Assembly (NCBI GenBank): GCA_016872715.1
Contig: VGZD01000003.1
Span: forward strand, 8,886-72,885
DNA: 64,000 bases
Source: Planctomycetota bacterium
GTDB lineage: Bacteria > Planctomycetota > UBA1135 > GCA-002686595
Direction of reading: 5' to 3'
In this document: positions 1-9,244 of the stretch, one piece after another
Layout of the letters: each line of letters opens with the position of its first letter
How positions within the stretch are numbered: position 1 is the stretch's first letter
Position numbers and translations under genes: made by a program
The notes under the pieces: model-generated
Told to the model about the DNA's origin: nothing
Databases searched by the model: none
Seen by the model: the letters and a program-made list of their open reading frames with translations, nothing else

Positions 1-1
1 C

Positions 2-700
2 ACCCTGTGGTTCTTGGGCGGCATGGCGCGCATGCGCGAGATCCCCGAGAACCCGAAGGTCGAGGCGGTCGTGGCGCTCGCGGGCCCGGCGGTGAACTTC
101 CTCCTGGCGGCGCTGGCCCTGCCGTTCCTGCTCGCCTCCGGCATCGCCAACATGAGCGACCTCGCGCCCAACGCGACCGCGACGCTGGCGGGGCTGCTCG
201 CCAACTTCATCCTGATCAACCTGTTCATGGGCGCCTCGAACCTCCTCCCGGCCTTTCCCATGGACGGCGGCCGCGTGTTCCGCGCCCTGTGCGGCCTGTT
301 CACGGACTGGCTCAACGCCACGCGCATCGCCGCCGGCGTGGGCAAGCTGTTCGCCGCGGGCCTGATCGTGCTCGGCTTCGTCTCGCGCCAGTGGTCGATC
401 GCGGCGGTCGGCCTGTTCGTGTGGCTGGCGGGTTCCCGCGAGCTGTGGGCCGTGCGCATGCGCCGCATGCAGCAGCAGATGCGCGAGCAGACGTTCGGGG
501 GCTTGGGCGAGCGCGCGGCGACGTTCACGCCGGTCGAAACCGAGGAGCCGCCGCAGCGCGGCGCCGAAGACGACCCCAGCGGCGCGCGCCGCCCGAGCGA
601 CAATCCGCTGGCGCAGGGCCGGGGACTGGACGACGAGGCCGTGCGGCGCCTCGAGCGTTTCCGCGGCAGCATCCGCAAGCCCCGCGACCCGCAGGACTAG
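2..700 (+). CDS. M50 (site-2 protease) family membrane metalloprotease, C-terminal part; the 5' end lies outside the window
   Basis: The frame of ORF 14..700 stays open to the window edge. It has hydrophobic multi-TM stretches and the M50 hallmark 'NLLPAFPMDGGRV'. Confidence 0.75.
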   Translation, partial: TLWFLGGMARMREIPENPKVEAVVALAGPAVNFLLAALALPFLLASGIANMSDLAPNATATLAGLLANFILINLFMGASNLLPAFPMDGGRVFRALCGLFTDWLNATRIAAGVGKLFAAGLIVLGFVSRQWSIAAVGLFVWLAGSRELWAVRMRRMQQQMREQTFGGLGERAATFTPVETEEPPQRGAEDDPSGARRPSDNPLAQGRGLDDEAVRRLERFRGSIRKPRDPQD

Positions 701-785
701 CCGCGGTTCGCGCGCCGTCCGCGAACAGGACGAAGCCGGACGCACACGCGGCGCCCGGCCCCGTGAAACTGGACGGTGGCGTGCG

Positions 786-1691
786 CTAGCCGCGCCGCCG
801 CCGACTGGGAGCCGACCGCGGCGGGTCGACGGCGACCCGCTCGCGCCAGACGCGGTCTTCCCCGAGCGCATGGCACGGCAGGCCCGCGTCCCCTTCGCTC
901 AAGTCGACCTCGCCGCGCCACACGGAATGCTCCTCGATGAAGGGCCACGCTTCGAGCACGTACACGCCCGGCTCGAGGCCCTCGAAGCGAAACGAGCCCG
1001 AGTGCCATGGCTCGGTGTGCGACGTGAAGCAGTGGGCGCGCGCCACGGCGCTCCCCCACTCCCCCTTGCGCCACAACACGACGCGCACGAGGGACATGTC
1101 CATGTCGGCCCAGCTGTCGGAGAACTCGAAGCTGCCGTGCAGCACGCGCCCACCCTCGAGCGACAGATCCGCGACGGTCACGGAGTCTGGCCGCACGTCG
1201 ATGCGCTGGAGCACCGTGGAGCCTTGCCCCACGCCGGATGCCCGCACGCCGAGGTCGTAGCCGCCGGGCGCAACCTCCGACAACTCGTACCAGCCTTCGA
1301 GATCGCTCATCGCCGTGTAGCTCGGCGCGAACAGGTCGCCTTCGGGTGCCGCGGCGAGCACCGCCGCGCCGCTCAAGGGCGAGCCATTCGAAGCGAATAG
1401 GCGGCCGACGATGCGCGCTGTCCCCGGCTCCGGGGCAGCGGCGGGATCCTGCGTCGCACTCGCTCGCGGCTCGCCGGAGGCCCGCTGCGCGAGCTCGAGC
1501 GGATCGCGGTGCGGGACGTCGAATCCGGGCTCGGACACGGACGCGGCGGCGCGGTCGGAGACGATCGGTGCGAGTTCCGACGGCTCCGCTCGCGAGTCGC
1601 GCGAAGACCACCACGACGCGAGCAGCAGGAGCAGCGCCGCGGCGCCGAGGGCGATGAGCGCGCGAGCGGGAGGAACGCGGAGGTTCAGCAC
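786..1691 (-). CDS. Membrane-anchored or secreted protein with carboxypeptidase-regulatory-like beta-sandwich repeats
   Basis: This is the lower part of ORF 786..2576. A GTG at 1691 overlaps the stop of the upstream gene. It has an N-terminal hydrophobic anchor 'ALIALGAAALLLLLASWW' and 'ARIVGRLFASNGSPLSGAAVL' resembles a CarboxypepD_reg repeat. Confidence 0.55.
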   Translation of the reverse strand: MLNLRVPPARALIALGAAALLLLLASWWSSRDSRAEPSELAPIVSDRAAASVSEPGFDVPHRDPLELAQRASGEPRASATQDPAAAPEPGTARIVGRLFASNGSPLSGAAVLAAAPEGDLFAPSYTAMSDLEGWYELSEVAPGGYDLGVRASGVGQGSTVLQRIDVRPDSVTVADLSLEGGRVLHGSFEFSDSWADMDMSLVRVVLWRKGEWGSAVARAHCFTSHTEPWHSGSFRFEGLEPGVYVLEAWPFIEEHSVWRGEVDLSEGDAGLPCHALGEDRVWRERVAVDPPRSAPSRRRRG

Positions 1692-2233
1692 GGCCGCACC
1701 TCGACGACGGCCGAGTCGTGCCAGGCGTAGCGCACCACGGTGCTCGTTTGGCTCGAGCCGCCGCTGATCGAGCCGCCCACGGCGAGGCCCGAGTTCGTGA
1801 CCTGCGCGGTGTACACCGAGGTCCAGCGCACGAAGATCTCCGGATTGCCGACCTCGCCCGTGCCGTTGAGCTCGATCGCGCCGGGGTGGGTGAGCAACCG
1901 ACCGGCGTGGTTGCAGATGAGGATCGTCGCGCTCTCGCCGTTGACGCCGCAGGCGCCGAGGAAGTCGTCGCAGACGAAGTCCTCCTCGAATCCCACCGGA
2001 CCACCGTTGGCGAGCGCCCAGCGCTGACCGGGGGGCAGGGCGGGACGGCGGAAGGTGTAGAGCGCGCAGTCGTTCATCGGGACGCAGGCCGGGAGCGAGC
2101 CGTGGCAGGAGCCCTGCGCGGGAGTGGGCGGCGGGCCCAGGGGCGCCGCGGTGAGCGTGCCGAGGGCGCACAGGGCGAGCCCCCCCAGAGTGAGGGTCGC
2201 TGGCGAGAACCGACGCGAGAGATTGGATTGCAT
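1685..2233 (-). CDS. Hypothetical secreted Cys-rich protein
   Basis: ORF 1685..2233 has a signal-peptide-like N-terminus 'LTLGGLALCALGTLTAAP' and several Cys. Its composition is not shadow-like, and its stop overlaps the start of the downstream gene. Confidence 0.55.
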   Translation of the reverse strand: MQSNLSRRFSPATLTLGGLALCALGTLTAAPLGPPPTPAQGSCHGSLPACVPMNDCALYTFRRPALPPGQRWALANGGPVGFEEDFVCDDFLGACGVNGESATILICNHAGRLLTHPGAIELNGTGEVGNPEIFVRWTSVYTAQVTNSGLAVGGSISGGSSQTSTVVRYAWHDSAVVEVRPC

Positions 2234-2262
2234 GGGAGAAGCTCAGCTTCGGTGGGGACCTT

Positions 2263-2320
2263 GGTGGGATCCTCGGGTGGAATCCTCGGGTGGAATCCTC
2301 GGGTGGAATCCTCGGGTGGA
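2263..2320. repeat. 13-bp tandem repeat, about 4.5 copies (ggtggaatcctcg)
   Basis: Read directly. The copies start at 2263 (one mismatch), 2276, 2289 and 2302, with a partial copy at 2315. The array lies in the divergent intergenic region between 2233 (-) and 2528 (+). Confidence 0.9.
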
Positions 2321-2337
2321 GAGCGCGAGGCGTTCGC

Positions 2338-2363
2338 GGCCCCAAAGCGCGGCCCCAAAGCGC
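2338..2363. repeat. 13-bp tandem repeat, 2 copies (ggccccaaagcgc)
   Basis: Read directly at 2338..2350 and 2351..2363, 18 bp after the first array. Confidence 0.8.
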
Positions 2364-2527
2364 GGCCCGCGGCCCAGGACGCGCGCTCCCCGCTCGCGCC
2401 CACTGCGTTCGTCGTTCGCGCTCCCCGCTGGTGGCGGGGGAAAACCACGAAAATCTCGCTCCGCCTCGATTCGGGAGCGTTCGGCGCTTGAGATCCGGCG
2501 GCTGCCGCTCCAGCCTATCCCTCGGCC

Positions 2528-4009
2528 ATGGGAACCCCGCGCGATTGGGCGACGCTCGAGCGCCTGCCTGCTCCACAACTGCGCGCCGTGCAAGACGCGG
2601 CGCTGCGCCGCTTCGTGCGCGAGGAGCTCTACCCGTTCTCGGCCCACTACCGCCGCGTGTTCGACGAGGCCCGCGTGCGGCCGGAGTCGATCGCGCGCAT
2701 CGCCGACCTCCAACGGCTGCCGCTCACCACGAAGCAAGACCTGCTGCGCGCGCAGTCGACGCCCCAGACGCGCTACGACTTCGTGCTGCGCCCGAGCCCC
2801 GATCGCATCCGCGCCCACTGGCCCTTCCTGCGCAAGCTCGCGCTCGTGCTCGGCGGCGCGCGCGCGCGCGAGGCGCTGCGTTTCCAGTACACGCCCAACT
2901 TCCTCACCTTCACGACCGGTCGCTCGAGTGAGCCGGTCGGCTTCGCCTACACGCCCTTCGACTTGCAGGTGCTGCAGCAAGGGATCGCGCGCATGTTCGA
3001 CATCGCGGGCCTCGACCCCGCGCGCGACCGTCTCGTCAACCTGTTTCCCTTCGCGCCGCACCTCGCCTTCTGGGCCGTGACGCTCGGTGGCTTCGAGACC
3101 GGCGCGCTCGTCGTGCCCTCGGGCGGCGGGAAGGTCATGGGCACCGATGGCTCGCTGCGGCTGATCGAGCGAATGAAACCGACCGTGCTCGTCGGCACGC
3201 CGGGCTTCACCTACCACGTGCTGCGGCGCGGCAACGAGCTCGGCACGAGCTTCGCCGACGTGCACACGGTGATCCTCGGCGCGGAGAAGGTGCCGCCGGG
3301 ACTGAAGGACAAGCTTCTCGAGGCGCTGCGCACGGGCGGTGCCGCAGCCGTGCGCATCATCGGCACCTACGGATTCACCGAGGCGCGCATGGCGTGGGCC
3401 GAGTGCCCCAGCGCGGACAATCACTCGACCGGCTACCACCTGCACCCCGATCTCGGCGTGTTCGAGGTGATCGAGCCCAAGAGCGGCGCGGTGGTGCCCG
3501 ACGGCGAGGACGGCGAACTGGTCTACACCGGAATCCTCGGCCACGGCACGTGCGTGCTGCGCTACCGCACCGGCGACCTGTGCGTGGGCGGCCTGACGTG
3601 GAAGCCGTGCTCGAGCTGCGGTCGCACGCTGCCGCGCATCGGCGCCGAGTTGCGCCGCGTGAGCGAGCAGCACTCGCTGTCGTTGACCAAGGTCAAGGGC
3701 ACGCTCGTCGACCTGTCGGTGATGGGCAGCGTGCTCGCGGCCATGCGCGACGTCGAGGAATGGCAGGTCGTGATCTCCAAGCGCAACGACGATCCGCTCG
3801 AGCTCGACCAGCTCGAAGTGCGCGTCGCTCCGCGCGCGGGCGCCAACGCGGACGAGCTCGTGAAGAGCATCCGGCGCGATCTCGCCAACGCGACGGAAGT
3901 CGCGCCGAACGAGGTGCACGTGCTCACGCTGCACGAGATGCTCGAGCACCTCGGCATGGAGAGCGCGATGAAGGAAAAGCGCTTCCTCGACCGGCGGCCG
4001 AAGTCATGA
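2528..4009 (+). CDS. PaaK / coenzyme F390 synthetase-like adenylate-forming acyl-CoA ligase
   Basis: 493-aa ORF. The 'FTTGRSSEP' P-loop-like motif, 'LRYRTGDL' and the overall layout resemble the phenylacetate-CoA ligase family. Its stop overlaps the thiolase start (ATGA). Confidence 0.75.
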   Translation: MGTPRDWATLERLPAPQLRAVQDAALRRFVREELYPFSAHYRRVFDEARVRPESIARIADLQRLPLTTKQDLLRAQSTPQTRYDFVLRPSPDRIRAHWPFLRKLALVLGGARAREALRFQYTPNFLTFTTGRSSEPVGFAYTPFDLQVLQQGIARMFDIAGLDPARDRLVNLFPFAPHLAFWAVTLGGFETGALVVPSGGGKVMGTDGSLRLIERMKPTVLVGTPGFTYHVLRRGNELGTSFADVHTVILGAEKVPPGLKDKLLEALRTGGAAAVRIIGTYGFTEARMAWAECPSADNHSTGYHLHPDLGVFEVIEPKSGAVVPDGEDGELVYTGILGHGTCVLRYRTGDLCVGGLTWKPCSSCGRTLPRIGAELRRVSEQHSLSLTKVKGTLVDLSVMGSVLAAMRDVEEWQVVISKRNDDPLELDQLEVRVAPRAGANADELVKSIRRDLANATEVAPNEVHVLTLHEMLEHLGMESAMKEKRFLDRRPKS

Positions 4010-5301
4010 GGCGCGGCGTCGTCCTCGCCGCGGGCTGCCGCACGCCCTGGGCCAAGGCGGGCGGCGCGCTGCGGCGCGAGGACGCGGCGCGGCTCGGCGC
4101 GCTCGCGGCGCGCGAGACGCTCGCGCGCAGCGGCATCGATGCGGGCGCGCTCGACGAGGTGCAGATCGGCTGCGTCGGACCGCCGCACGATCAAGTCAAC
4201 GTGGCGCGCGTGATCGCGCTGCGCGCCGGCGTGCCCGAGCGCGTGAGCGCCGTCACGCTCGGCCGCAACTGCGCCAGCGGCATGGAGGCCGTCACGAGCG
4301 CTGCGACGCGCATCCTCGCCGGACGCGGTGAGCTGTTCCTCGCCGGCGGAGTCGAGGCGATGAGCGCCTACCCACTCGTCTTTGGACCCGAGCTGACCGA
4401 CATGTTCGCGCGCCTCGCGCGGGCCAAGTCGCTGGGCGCGCGCCTCGCGGCCATGGCCCGCTTTCGGCCGTGGCACCTCAAGCCGCGCATCGCGCTCGTC
4501 GAAGGGCTGACCGATCCGACCTGCGGACTCATCATGGGGCGCTCGACCGAGGTGCTCGTGCGCGAGTTCGGGCTCACGCGCCTCGAAGGCGACCAACTCG
4601 CGCTCGAGAGCCACCGCCGCGCGGAGGCGGCGCGCAAGGCGGGCCGTTTCGAGCGCGAGATCGTGCCCGTGATGCCGCAGGACGCGCGCGACGGCTGCGC
4701 GCTGCGCGAGGACGACGGGATTCGCGCGGGCCAGTCGCTCGAGCAGCTCGCCAAGCTCAAGCCGTACTTCGAGCGACCCGACGGCGTCGTCACGGTCGGA
4801 AACTCGTCGCAGATCACCGACGGCGCGTGCACGCTGCTCGTCGCGAGTGAAGAGCGCGCCCGCGAGCTCGGCCTCGAGCCGCTCGCCCGCATCCGCGCGT
4901 TCGCCTACGCGGGGCTCGCACCCTCGCGCATGGGCCTCGGTCCCGTGTTCGCGACCTCGCGCGCGCTCGACGAAGCGGGCTGCACGCTCGCCGACATCGG
5001 GCTCGTCGAGCTCAACGAGGCGTTCGCGCATCAGGTGCTCGCCTGCCAGCGGGCGTTCGCGAGCGAGGCCTTCGCGCGCAACGAGCTCGGACGCGAGCGC
5101 GCGCTCGGCGAGCTCGACCCGGCGCGACTCAACGTCCACGGCGGCGCGATCGCGCTCGGCCATCCGGTCGGTGCGACGGGCGCGCGGTTGCTGCTGACGC
5201 TGGCGCACGAGATGCGCGAGCGCGATGTCGAGCTCGGCCTCGCGACCCTGTGCATCGGCGGCGGACAGGGCGGTGCGGTCGTGCTGGAGCGCGTGCGATG
5301 A
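4006..5301 (+). CDS. fadA: Acetyl-CoA C-acyltransferase (3-ketoacyl-CoA thiolase)
   Basis: Internal ATG at 4006 in ORF 3394..5301. Motifs: 'NCASGMEA' (active-site Cys), 'NVHGGAIALGHPVGATGARL' and 'CIGGGQG' thiolase signatures. Confidence 0.9.
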   Translation: MRRGVVLAAGCRTPWAKAGGALRREDAARLGALAARETLARSGIDAGALDEVQIGCVGPPHDQVNVARVIALRAGVPERVSAVTLGRNCASGMEAVTSAATRILAGRGELFLAGGVEAMSAYPLVFGPELTDMFARLARAKSLGARLAAMARFRPWHLKPRIALVEGLTDPTCGLIMGRSTEVLVREFGLTRLEGDQLALESHRRAEAARKAGRFEREIVPVMPQDARDGCALREDDGIRAGQSLEQLAKLKPYFERPDGVVTVGNSSQITDGACTLLVASEERARELGLEPLARIRAFAYAGLAPSRMGLGPVFATSRALDEAGCTLADIGLVELNEAFAHQVLACQRAFASEAFARNELGRERALGELDPARLNVHGGAIALGHPVGATGARLLLTLAHEMRERDVELGLATLCIGGGQGGAVVLERVR

Positions 5302-7478
5302 ACGTGCTCGAGCACATGCCCAAGCCCGAAGGCGAGCCCGCGCCGGGAGCCTGCGTGCGCATCGAGCGCCCCGAGGCCGGCCTCGCGCTGCTGCGCATCG
5401 CTCCGCCCCACCGGCGCCTGGCGGTGTTCGACCGGCCGCTGATGCGCGACCTCGCGCTGGCGCTCGACGAGCTCGAGCGCGCGAAGGACATCCGCGCCCT
5501 GGTGCTCACCGGCAGCACCCCGATCACGTTTGTCGCCGGAGCGGACGTCGACGCCATCGAAGGGCTCGTCGACATCGAGCTCGCGACGGAGCTCGCACGC
5601 TTTGGGCAACAGCTGTTCGAGCGCGTCGCGCGCTTGGCATGTCGAAAGGTCGCGGCCGTCGGCGGCCCTGTCCCCGGCGGCGCCTTCGAGCTCTCGCTCG
5701 CCTGCGACGCGATCGTGCTCGCCGACCATCCGAGCTCGCGCATCGGACTTCCCGAGACGCGGCTGGGCATCCTGCCGGGTTGGGGCGGCTGCCAGCGACT
5801 GCCGCGCCGCGTCGGAGTGCCGACCGCGCTCGCCGCGATCCTCGCCGGAAAGCTGTACGCACCGCGCGAGGCGCTGCGCAACGGACTCGTCGATCGCCTG
5901 TGCGCGAAGGAGAACCTGCTGCGCGTGGCGAGCGACATCGCGCTCGGTCGCGAGCGGAGTCCGCGGCGCTCGCGCGGCGCGCAGCGCTGGCTCGTCGACT
6001 GCAATCCGCTGGCGCTCGCGGTGATCGCGGCGAGCGCTCGCAAGAACTTGCGCGCGCAGACCAAGGGGCGCTACGCGGCGCCGGAACGCGCGCTGGAACT
6101 GGTCGTGCGCGCACCGCTCACGCCCCTCTCGCGCGGACTCGAGCGCGAGGCGCGCGCACTCGGTCAGCTCGCGGTCGGAAGCACGTGCAAGAGCCTCGTG
6201 TCGCTGTTCCGCGGCTCCGAAGCGGCCAAGAAGCTCGCGCGGCTCGACGACGGCACGCAGGCGCGTCCGATCGAGCGCGTGGGCGTGATCGGCGCCGGAG
6301 TGATGGGCGGAGCGATCGCCGGGCTCGTCGCCGAGCGCGTCGGCTCCGTGCGCCTGTGCGATCTCTCGCGCGATGCACTCGACGCGGCGCAGGCCGCGCA
6401 TTTCTCGCGCGTCGACAAGGCCCGGCGCCGTCGCATTCTCGAGCCGCACGAGGCGCGCGCCGCGGCCGATCGGCTCGAGACCGCTGCGAGCATCACAGGA
6501 CTCGCGCGGGCGGACCTCGTGCTCGAAGCCGTGGCCGAGAAGCTGGAAGTGAAGCGCGCGGTGTTCGCACAGGTCGCGGCAGGCGTGCGACCCGACACGA
6601 TCCTCGCCACGAACACCTCTTCGCTCTCCGTCAGCGCGATCGCGGCCGCCCTCCCGCACCCCGAGCGCGTCGTCGGCCTGCACTTCTTCAACCCCGTGCA
6701 CGCCATGCCGCTCGTGGAGATCGTGCGCGGCGAACGGACGTCCCCGGAGACCGTGGCGCGCACGGCGCGGCTCGCGCTCGCGCTCGGCAAGACACCGGTG
6801 GTCGTCGCCGACGTCGCGGGATTCCTCGTCAACCGCGTGCTCGGCCCCTACCTCGACGAAGCGGTGCGCCTGTTCGAGCAGGGCCTCGCGGCCGAGCGCA
6901 TCGAGCGCGCGGCGCTCGACTTCGGACTGCCCATGGGGCCGCTCGAGCTGCTCGACGAGGTCGGGCTCGACATCGCGGCCCACGCCGCGGCGTCGCTGCA
7001 CGCGGCCTACGGCGAGCGCATGCGCTCGAGCCCGCTCGCGAGCGCACTCGTCGCGGCGGGGCACAGGGGCAAGAAGAGCGGCGCGGGCTTCTTCACCTAC
7101 GCGGTCGACGCCAAGTCCACTCGCGCGCGCAAGCGCGGCCTGAATCCGGCGGCACAGTCCATGGTGCGCCCGAGCGGGCTTTCGCTGTCGGACGACGTGC
7201 TGCGCGACCGACTCGCGCTCGCGCTCGTCGCCGAATCCGCGCGCTGCCTCGAGGAACGCGTCGTCGCGAGCGAGGCGGAGCTCGACCTCGCGACGGTCTT
7301 CGGCATGGGCTTTCCCCCCTTCGAGGGCGGGGCGCTGCGCTATGTGCGCTCGCGCGGCGCGCACGGCGTGGTGGAGCGGCTCGCGACGCTGGCCGCCCTG
7401 CCCGATGTCGCCTCGCGCGACGGCGCGCGCGAGCGCTTCGATGCCTGCGAAACGCTGCGGCGGCTCGCGCGCGAGTGA
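5298..7478 (+). CDS. fadB: FadB/FadJ-type bifunctional enoyl-CoA hydratase / 3-hydroxyacyl-CoA dehydrogenase
   Basis: ATG at 5298 (ATGA overlap with the thiolase stop). It has a crotonase-like N-terminal half and the Rossmann motif 'VGVIGAGVMGGAIA', followed by a 3-HCDH C-terminal region. Confidence 0.9.
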   Translation: MNVLEHMPKPEGEPAPGACVRIERPEAGLALLRIAPPHRRLAVFDRPLMRDLALALDELERAKDIRALVLTGSTPITFVAGADVDAIEGLVDIELATELARFGQQLFERVARLACRKVAAVGGPVPGGAFELSLACDAIVLADHPSSRIGLPETRLGILPGWGGCQRLPRRVGVPTALAAILAGKLYAPREALRNGLVDRLCAKENLLRVASDIALGRERSPRRSRGAQRWLVDCNPLALAVIAASARKNLRAQTKGRYAAPERALELVVRAPLTPLSRGLEREARALGQLAVGSTCKSLVSLFRGSEAAKKLARLDDGTQARPIERVGVIGAGVMGGAIAGLVAERVGSVRLCDLSRDALDAAQAAHFSRVDKARRRRILEPHEARAAADRLETAASITGLARADLVLEAVAEKLEVKRAVFAQVAAGVRPDTILATNTSSLSVSAIAAALPHPERVVGLHFFNPVHAMPLVEIVRGERTSPETVARTARLALALGKTPVVVADVAGFLVNRVLGPYLDEAVRLFEQGLAAERIERAALDFGLPMGPLELLDEVGLDIAAHAAASLHAAYGERMRSSPLASALVAAGHRGKKSGAGFFTYAVDAKSTRARKRGLNPAAQSMVRPSGLSLSDDVLRDRLALALVAESARCLEERVVASEAELDLATVFGMGFPPFEGGALRYVRSRGAHGVVERLATLAALPDVASRDGARERFDACETLRRLARE

Positions 7479-7557
7479 ATCGGCCGATTTCGCTCGCTCG
7501 AGGCGCGCGGAGTGTTGTGGGACGAGATCGCGGCGCGCATCGCGCGCTGACCCGAGC

Positions 7558-9084
7558 TCAGGGCAGCACGTCGAAACCCCGCGGTGGCAGCACGCTGCGA
7601 CCGGCGGGACCGAAGATGATCCCCGACCATTCGATGCGTGTCCCGACGAGCTGGTGCATCGTGCTCGCATCCGGCTCGAACCACGCCGCGACTCGCCCCG
7701 ATGGCGGCAGCGGCCCGCTGGTGTGCGGCAGGCCGGGATCGCCGGCGTTGGAGAGCGTGTAGCGCAGGAGTCGCGAGCCGTTGAGGGGCAAGCTCAGGTT
7801 GCCGAAGGTCAGGCCCGGCGTCGTACCCGCGCTGCTCGCGAGCAGCAGGTAGGCGCGGCGATCCGCGTCGTGTCCGACGTTGATCACGATCGGGACGGGA
7901 TGGGGATCGAGGGCCGAGATCGCGTCGTAGCCAAGGTGCAGCGGCACCACCGGATCGACGCGCAGCGTGAGCTCGGGCCACAGCGTGACCGGCGAGATGC
8001 CGTCGTTGACGGTGACGCGGAAGCGCGCGTTGCCCGGCGTCTGTCCAGCGCGGATGCGCAGCGTGTAGGTGCCATCGCCGTTGTCGACCGTCGGACCCGA
8101 CAGGCTCGCCGCACTGCTCGAGCCGAAGTTCGCGACGGACACCGCTGCGCCGCCATGACCGACCGGCACGCCATCGAGGTCGCGCAGGAACAGCGTCACC
8201 TCCGCTTCCGTGCGACCGTCGGCGACGAGTGCGGCGCGGTCGGCGAGGGTCTCGCTCGCGATGTGGTCGGGGCGTCCAGAGAGCGCCGCGCGCCACGCGT
8301 TGTACTGCGCGCGCAGCGTGATCACGGGGTCGGGCGTGGTCGAGTTGCCGATCACATTGAGCGCCGCGTACATCTGGCCCTGCGCGCAGCCCGAGCTCGA
8401 GTTGCACACCGAGCCGCCGGTGTCGCCGACGCGCGAGATCAGGAGGAAGCCGGTGTAGGCGCTATGAAACGGCTCGGGCGGCGGCAGGGCGCACGAGGTC
8501 GGCGCCGAAACGCTGCAAGAGCAGCGGCCGTCGCCGCCCCACGAGCGCGCGGCCTCCATCGCGGCCATGACCTTCTGCCCGATGTCGCCGTCGGTCTGGA
8601 GGAAGGCCTGCTCGGCGGCGAGCACGACTTGGTTGCCCGTGAGGATGTTGCCTTGGATGGCGTAGCGCCACTCGCCCACGACGCCCACGACGCCGGGGTT
8701 GGCGGGAATGGTCTGCGAACCGGAGAAGGTGACCGGCAGGTTTTCGAAGTCGACGATGCCGAACTGCCGCGACTGCGCGCCCTGCAGGCCGAGCAACTGC
8801 TGCAGGATCTGCTGCGGAGCGAGCCCGGCGTTGAGCCCGTTCCACATGAGCTGGCGATTGGCCGAGTTCGAGTCCACCGCAGCCTGCGAGACCGCGCCCC
8901 CCAACCCCGGCCGCATCACGGGCAAGTTCAAGCGCAGGTTGAAGTTCGCCAGGCAGGTCGCCGACGAGATGCACACCTCGCGGGTGCGCGTGTTCACGGC
9001 GACGATCGACCACGTCGGAAACGCCGGCGCGGCGGCGAGCGTCACGGCCGAGGCGAGGGCGACGATGCGGCGGAGCACTTGCAT
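7558..9084 (-). CDS. Exported DUF1028-family (Ntn-hydrolase fold) protein with a C-terminal bacterial Ig-like domain
   Basis: A signal peptide 'ALASAVTLAAAPAFP' is followed directly by 'TWSIVAV' (the DUF1028 N-terminal 'T/S-x-S-I-V-A' motif). The C-terminal region 'TVDNGDGTYTLRIRAGQTPGNARFRVTVNDG' is Big-like. Confidence 0.7.
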   Translation of the reverse strand: MQVLRRIVALASAVTLAAAPAFPTWSIVAVNTRTREVCISSATCLANFNLRLNLPVMRPGLGGAVSQAAVDSNSANRQLMWNGLNAGLAPQQILQQLLGLQGAQSRQFGIVDFENLPVTFSGSQTIPANPGVVGVVGEWRYAIQGNILTGNQVVLAAEQAFLQTDGDIGQKVMAAMEAARSWGGDGRCSCSVSAPTSCALPPPEPFHSAYTGFLLISRVGDTGGSVCNSSSGCAQGQMYAALNVIGNSTTPDPVITLRAQYNAWRAALSGRPDHIASETLADRAALVADGRTEAEVTLFLRDLDGVPVGHGGAAVSVANFGSSSAASLSGPTVDNGDGTYTLRIRAGQTPGNARFRVTVNDGISPVTLWPELTLRVDPVVPLHLGYDAISALDPHPVPIVINVGHDADRRAYLLLASSAGTTPGLTFGNLSLPLNGSRLLRYTLSNAGDPGLPHTSGPLPPSGRVAAWFEPDASTMHQLVGTRIEWSGIIFGPAGRSVLPPRGFDVLP

Positions 9085-9112
9085 GGAGTCCTAGGATACG
9101 CGCGACTCGCGG

Positions 9113-9157
9113 ATCTGGCCGAGGAACATCTGGCCGAGGAACATCTGGCCGAGGAAC
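9113..9157. repeat. Perfect 15-bp tandem repeat, 3 copies (atctggccgaggaac)
   Basis: Read directly at 9113..9127, 9128..9142 and 9143..9157. It lies 29-73 nt upstream of the DUF1028 start codon (minus strand). Confidence 0.9.
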
Positions 9158-9244
9158 TTCGTCCAGCGAGTGAGCGCGAGACCCCCATCGTCGACGGCCG
9201 CGGCGGTGCGGTGGGCGTGGAGCCTCGCGCCCGCCTCGCTCGGA

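Noticed and set aside
2263-2363. Whether the short tandem arrays (2263, 9113, 48147, 55585) are CRISPR arrays
   Set aside because: The units are 12-15 bp, directly abutting with no spacers, with at most 7 copies, and no cas genes are present.
2243-3949. Long antisense ORFs, for example 2243..3949 (-), 5031..7670 (-), 3562..5208 (-), 10015..12174 upper part, 14576..16423 (-) and 16622..17683 (-)
   Set aside because: The translations are dominated by Arg/Ala/Gly/Pro/His runs with no motifs. They lie opposite frames with clear family signatures. These are typical high-GC shadow ORFs.
7479-7557. A terminator between the convergent fadB-type and DUF1028 genes
   Set aside because: Only short self-complementary GCGCGC stretches are present, with no convincing stem plus T-run, so this was not reported as a feature.
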